Shown here piece by piece: positions 57,589-64,000 of a stretch of DNA of 64,000 nucleotides. Position 1 is the first letter of the stretch; every line of letters begins with the position of its first letter. The notes beneath the pieces were generated by a model. It was not told the origin of the DNA. It ran no database searches and was given only the letters and a program-made list of their open reading frames with translations. Made by a program: the position numbers and the translations under genes. The stretch lies in assembly GCF_006345805.1 (NCBI RefSeq), contig NC_042997.1:179552001-179616000 (forward strand), read 5' to 3'. The DNA comes from Octopus sinensis. Its lineage: Eukaryota.

Positions 57589-58010
57589 GGCGCAGGAGTG
57601 GCTGTGTGGTAAGTAGCTTGCTAACCAACCACATGGTTCCAGGTTCAGTCCCACTGCGTGGCATCTTGGGCATGTGTCTTCTGCTATAGCCCCGGGCCGA
57701 CCAATGCCTTGTGAGTGGATTTGGTAGACGGAAACTGAAAGAAGCCTGTCGTATATATGTATATATATATATATATGTGTGTATATGTGTTTGTGTGTCT
57801 GTGATTGTCCCCCTAGCATTGCTTGACAACCGATGCTGGTGTGTTTACGTCCCCGTCACTTAGCGGTTCGGCATAAGAGACCGATAGCATAAGTACTGGG
57901 CTTACAAAGAATAAGTTCCGGGGTCGATTTACTCGACTAAAGGCGGTGCTCCAGCATGGCCGCAGTCAAAATGACTGAAACAAGTAAAAGAGTAAAAGAG
58001 TAAAAGAGTA
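57589..58010 (+). mobile_element. SINE family A, full length
   Basis: Collinear with 18050-18462. Inserted in (TATG)n. Confidence 0.9.
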
Positions 58011-58287
58011 TGTATGTATGTATGTATGTATGTATGTATGTATATATAAATGTATGTACGTACGCATTCGGTTAGTATATATATAAACCATAGCTATTAA
58101 CTGCTCTTACTCCCATTATAATGCAAATACTTTTTCGAAAGTTTAAAAAACTTCAAACAAAGGGTACATGATATTTATTACAGAAAATCACCCGTTTAGT
58201 GACTTAGTTTTCGTTTATCATAGTTTGTGTGTGTATGTGAGTGTATGTGTCAAGTTTGATGGGAGGTTGTAACTGTGTGCGTATATA

Positions 58288-58713
58288 GGCGCAGGAGTGG
58301 CTGTGTGGTAAGTAGCTTGCTAACCAACCATATGGTTCCGGGTTCAGTCCCACTGCGTGGCATCTTGGGCAAGTGTCTTCTGCTATAGCCCCGGGCCGAC
58401 CAATGCCTTGTGAGTGGATTTGGTAGACGGAAACTGAAAGAAGCCTGTCGTATATATGTATATATATATATATATGTGTATGTGTGTGTATGTGTTTGTG
58501 TGTCCGTGTTTGTCTCCCTAGCATTGCTTGACAACCGATGCTGGCGTGTTTACGTCCCCGTCACTTAGCGGTTCGGCAAAAGAGACCGATAGAATAAGTA
58601 CTGGGCTTACAAAGAATAAGTCCCGGGGTCGATTTGCTCGACTAAAGGCGGTGCTCCAGCATGGCCGCAGTCAAATGACTGAAACAAGTAAAAGAGTAAA
58701 AGGAGTAAAGAGT
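58288..58713 (+). mobile_element. SINE family A, full length
   Basis: Collinear with the other family A copies. Confidence 0.9.
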
Positions 58714-59226
58714 ATATGTGTGTGAGTGTTAGCGCTTGTGCGTGTGGTGTGTGTGTAAGTGTGTGTAAGTGTGTGTATGAGTGTGTGTACGCGCGCCGTC
58801 GTGCCGTTATAATTTAATCCTCATCAGCAGGGAACGCCTCTAACCCTGTTGTTACATTCAGAATGTTTGTTACGTTGATACTAAGTCTGACCAGTAGAGT
58901 TAATGAAGGTAAAAAAACTGCTACAAAGGAATGAAGTTCGCTGCAAACACCAACGACCTAGAGGAATCTTAAAATCAGATATTTCTTCACTCGATGTTTC
59001 AAAACAAAAATTAATGAATAAATTTAGAGATTTAAAGAAGATTACCACGTTTTATTATCGGTAGAAAATTCGCACAGAAATATATTTGTCTCAAAATAAA
59101 GCAGGAATTCAGCAGAACGGATAGTGTTTGTAGTTTAGCCTTCATACTAACCTGACTGAAAAGATCAATGAAGAAATTCCTTCCTTCCATTACCATCCCA
59201 TCTTTCTTCTCTGTAGAGACCAAAGT

Positions 59227-59805
59227 GTGAAGATGCGTGGCTTAGTGGTTTGTGGTAATCGGTTTACGATCGTAAGGTAGTGAGTTCGATTACCGGCGAG
59301 GCGTTGCGTCCTTGAGCAAGACACTTTATTTCATGTTGTTCCAGTTCACTCATTTGGCAAAAAATGAGTAGTCTGTAATTCAAAGGGCCGGCCTAATTAT
59401 ATACTTATTTCTTTACTGCCCACAAAGGAATACACACGCAGGGGACAAACAAGGACAGATAAACGGATTAAGTCGATGATATCGACCCCAGTGCGTGACT
59501 GGTGCTTATTTAATCGACCTCGAAAGGATGAAAGGGAAAGTCGACCACGGCGCAATTTGAACTCAGAACGTAGCGGCAGACGAAATACCGCTAAGCATTT
59601 CGTCCGGCGTGCTAACGTTTCTGCCAACTCGCCGCCTTTACTCGCGGACTCGTTATGTTCTGTGTCACGCTAAATCTTGAGAACTACGTTAAGGGTTCTC
59701 GTGTCTGAGGAGTGCTCAACCACTTGCACGTTAATACCATGAGCATGTTATTGCGTTGATCGGATCAACTGGAACCTTCGTCCTTTCATAACCAACAGAG
59801 TGCCA
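59227..59805 (+). mobile_element. Chimeric SINE (family C head, family B tail) split by a nested family D copy
   Basis: C head at 59227-59370, then tcaaagggccggcct, then B tail at 59641-59805 (tgtgtcacgct..gagaactacgttaaggg...ggatcaactggaacc). Confidence 0.7.
59398..59638 (-). mobile_element. SINE family D, full length, nested
   Basis: Reverse complement aligns to 21697-21930. Confidence 0.85.
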
Positions 59806-60587
59806 GAGACTAAATTTCACATTATCCTGTGTGACGTTTTCAAATCAGTCAGTATGGGTTTTGATTCATGGGTGATTTCGTTTCTCTATTTCTTGCACCG
59901 TGATTAATTACTCCTATGCGTTACTACCTAGATACTTGATTATATATATTTATATACACTCATATATTATTATTGGATATTGTGATGACAAGAGACTATC
60001 TTGGACATGAAAGGGTTTCAATTGGTATGTGTTTGAGATATAATGAAGTGAATTTCGATGGTTGCGGATTGCACTTACTTGATTGTGACGTCTGTGAAAT
60101 GCTTTTTTTTGTTATTTTTTAATTGTAATTGATGTAAGATTGAATAATTAACGCTCACGCTCGTAACACAGACATTTGATTTCATTTTTACAATCCAGCC
60201 GTCTTTCTGAACCGAATTGACCCTGAAGCGACTTATATATAATTGAACTGTGATTAAGTATATCAGAATATTTATATAGAAGTCGAAATAATTTGATGGA
60301 TTCTTAACGTTTTTATAATTATTTATATAATATCATATATTATATTCATAGTATTTAATGTAATACTGTAATATAAATAAATTTTTTATTGTCGATAGAA
60401 TATCTCTATAATTAATTTATCTTTATTATTGAATTATACCAATTTTTATATAGTATACAACTGAAGTGCCAGTAAACTGGATGTTTAACAAACCCTTTTG
60501 AAAGATTTCTTCTGATCAGTTTGTTACTTTATATATACATACATACTAACACACACACACACACACACACACACCACACACACACAC

Positions 60588-60639
<52 letters not shown>

Positions 60640-61559
60640 ATATATATATATATACGATGAACCCATTGACGCTGTCTAATTTCCATTGAAAGGATCTTCC
60701 TTCTAGGCTAGGAATTAGTTCACATTCCGTTGTGAAAATGTTCAGAAAATATCATGGGAAATACGCATATATGCACACATATGTGTATGTCTGCGTGTAT
60801 GTGTGTTTACGTGTGCGTGAGTTGGTCTTTATGTCTGTTATATATGCATGAGTGTGTATAATGTGTGTTTTTGTGAGTTTTTGTGAGTGTGAGTGCATGT
60901 GCGCGTGTGTGTGTATGTGTGTGTTTGTGTGTGAGTGTGTAAAAATATCTTTTTATCCCACGCTGTCATGCAATCGATAAAGAGTATAGTTTAAAATTTC
61001 GTTTTTCAGCTTCTGTGAGAATCAGTCTGTGCTAATATAGAAATAAGAGAAATAACTACTCTTGGAAACCCAACCTGGGTAAACACATAAGACCCGTTTC
61101 TACATTATCAAGCAATTAAACTTACTGATGGGACTAACAATTTCGTTTATCAAATTTACTATTATACAGGCTCTCATTACTAAATTCTGATGCCAACTTT
61201 CATTATGACTTACAAAAGTATTTCTACATTGTATGTTTGCACACTAAGAGTACAAAAAATAGATGTGTCAACGATGAAGAGACAACGAGAAGAAGACAGT
61301 GGAAAGACAGAGAAGACAAGACAGAGAGTGCTTAGAGAAAGAAAGCCGAGAATTAAAAAATACTAACCAATGTACGGCTAACAAACAGAATATTAGGTTA
61401 TTTTTCTGAAATTTAATACTTTTATTTACTTTGTTAGATTGAAAGTAATATCCCCAAGGTCTGAGATATCTAATACATAAACATATATGCATACATGCAT
61501 AGATACAAGCATATGTACATGCATCTGCCCCCCCCACGCCCACACATACTCACTAGCAC

Positions 61560-61616
<57 letters not shown>

Positions 61617-61810
61617 ATCACACACGTATATATATATGTGTATATATATGTATATATACACATACATAATATATATATATGTATATACACATACATCAAT
61701 ATACATATATAGACATATACATACATATACATATAGATTCATATATATATATATGCATATACATATGTATATATAATATATTTATACATATATATATACA
61801 TATGTATATA

Positions 61811-61865
<55 letters not shown>

Positions 61866-62640
61866 AGATATGTTTTTTACTTCGAAGATTACGATAAAAA
61901 GAGAGCCATGTCATATATTTTCGAAGATAAAATATATTATTTCCCTAATATTTCCTACATAGAATGTCAATGAGATAATTTATCAATAATTCAAGTAATG
62001 TGTTGGTTTGTGCAATTTTGTGTGTATGTGCATGTTATTGTTATATAAGTATTTACCTTTGTCTATTTATTTATCTATAACCCCTCTCTTTACATATATA
62101 TATGATTTTATGCGCGTATATATATGTTTGTGTGTATAGAGAGACATGCTTTATGATATCAGCCACATACAGATTCAATCAAACACACTCACGCATACAC
62201 AGATGATATCCTTTGGATATCCGACAGTACCGATGTTCAGTAGCACATTAGTTAAACTTATCCACCTACTCGCTGTATTTATTATAAGTTGTGTGGATCC
62301 CTTAACATAAGTTTCAGGCTGAACAAGAAGCACAATATGAAAAGAAAGGAATCTTTGACTTAACGGTTCATCTGATTCACTTACATAGTTTTCATCTCTT
62401 GTATATTATCGTATAGACTTGGCTTTAAGAAAGAATAGAAGATCATAGAGTTTGTTATACTCTTCCCAGTGCAGTGCGCACACACTGTCGCGCATCGGCC
62501 AACTTCCCTTCCTACTCTTTCTCTTAGGACATTTAAAACCTACTTCTGTTTATGAAAAGCAGGATTACGTTGGTTTTCTCCTTATCTTTCTTGAGTACTC
62601 TCTGTAAGGATGGAGATTTTATTATCTATTTATGTGTCCT

Positions 62641-62929
62641 TTTCAAGCCTAGCCAAGCTCATGGGCCCGGTGTTCCGTTTTCTGTGTTCCCCCGCAACTG
62701 GACGGGACGCCAGTCCATCGCAGCGTTACTCAAGAAACAGGAAGAAAGAGTGAGAGAAAGTTGGGGCGAAAGTGTACAACAGGGTCGCCACCCCACCCCC
62801 TGCCGGAGCCTCGCAGAGCTTTAGGCATTTTCGCTCAATAAACACACACAACGCCCGGTCTGGGAATCGAAACCGCGATCCTCCGACCACGAGTCCGCAG
62901 CCCTAACCACCGGGCCATTGCGCCTCAAC
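62641..62929 (-). mobile_element. Chimeric SINE (family B head and body, family C tail)
   Basis: 62720-62929 matches family B. 62641-62730 matches the family C tail (aagcctagcca.g.tcatgg.cccgg...ctggacgggacgcca.tccatcgcagcgttactc). Confidence 0.85.
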
Positions 62930-63449
62930 AAGGATAGAGATATTGTTTCCTTTGTTATATATTTTTGTGACACTTCAATTACTCCTTCGTTTTCCTTGGA
63001 TACCTCAAGTCTAGTCTTTGTCTTTACTGCACACTCAAAGCTGGTGTTGATGTTAATGTTATTGCACGTTTATCACGTCTCTAGTCATTTAATTTCTATC
63101 TTTTTTATCCAATTGCATTTCTTTTCGTTTACATAATATATGTGAAGGTGTCTAAATTTGAAGCATTCTCTGTATATTTATATAGAATTTGGAGCCGTTT
63201 TGATTTATATTAGCGCAACTTCCAGCATGGCAAGAACTTCTTGCTAATTATGACATATATTCTTCTTGCAATACACAAATATTACACATGTCCAAATGAA
63301 AAGTGTCTAACAGTTTAAACATGCGAAAAGGCAGACTTTTCCTATATTGCCAGTAATTTAGGAGACGTTCAATACTTCCGCCCGAAATCTCTTATTCGTA
63401 TGAAAAGAAACGTCCCTTTTCACTGATTTGCAAACGAAGTAAATTGACT

Positions 63450-63540
63450 AAGTCTTGGTGTCGATTTGCTCGAGTAAAGGCGGCGCTCCAACATGGCCGC
63501 AGTCAAATGACTGAAACAAATAAAAGAAAGAATAAAAAGC
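63450..63540 (+). mobile_element. SINE family A, 3' fragment
   Basis: gtcgatttgctcga.taaaggcggcgctcca.catggccgcagtcaaatgactgaaacaa. Confidence 0.8.
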
Positions 63541-63696
63541 AAATTATCCCGAGTGATCCACATTTTTGTTTTCATTTTTATAGAGTAATGTGGTACGATT
63601 TAAATTCCATTTAACAGCTATTTATAGCTAATCGATTAACAGCCAAACTATTCCATTTGAGTATTCGTATGATATTTTATCATACGTCTACATAAC

Positions 63697-63697
63697 C

Positions 63698-63745
<48 letters not shown>

Positions 63746-63751
63746 CATTAT

Positions 63752-63782
<31 letters not shown>
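63697..63782. repeat. (TTA)n-(TAG)n microsatellite
   Basis: Direct reading. Confidence 0.95.
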
Positions 63783-64000
63783 TCTGATTCTAATTATAAT
63801 ATTCTGTATGTCACAAACTTTGGTTATCGAAATATATTGTAACATTGAAATAACAGCGGTCATTGTGATATCAAGCTGTCAATGGTGATAGAATAGTTAA
63901 TTGCGTGTGTCCTGCACTGGATGTTTCCCTCAGTGGTATATATCCCGCTATCTCAGTCGTGTTATTAGTGAAAGTAATTAGATCTTAACAGGTACACCCA

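Overview
AT-rich, microsatellite-saturated eukaryotic DNA. It is most likely intronic or intergenic sequence from a cephalopod (Octopus-like), inferred from the SINE families and repeat landscape and not confirmed by a search. I found no supportable host protein-coding exon. Most ORFs in the supplied track are translations of simple repeats or pieces of decayed transposons. Recognisable content: two near full-length decayed Tc1/mariner-superfamily transposons with TIRs (46.2-47.7 kb, 56.1-57.4 kb), one partial mariner, two MITE-like elements, a non-autonomous Helitron, fragments of Penelope-like (PLE), R4/Dong-like and CR1/L2-like retroelements, and about 20 tRNA-derived SINE copies that swap heads and tails. 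The most interesting signals: (i) five minimal type I hammerhead ribozyme motifs plus two partial ones in short modules next to (TA)n tracts, two of them with a non-canonical CCGA core; (ii) recurrent fold-back palindromes abutting (TA)n, two with junctions in or beside a hammerhead; (iii) a non-coding element of about 555 bp found three times, always inside (TAA)n and with nested 5' truncations; (iv) a roughly 6 kb island free of recognisable TEs (39-45 kb) that may mark a gene 5' end. Hammerheads in PLE pseudo-LTRs and TAA targeting by Dong/R4 are known classes, so any novelty would lie in the specific families and variants. All alignments and folds were done by eye, and the ends of decayed elements are approximate.
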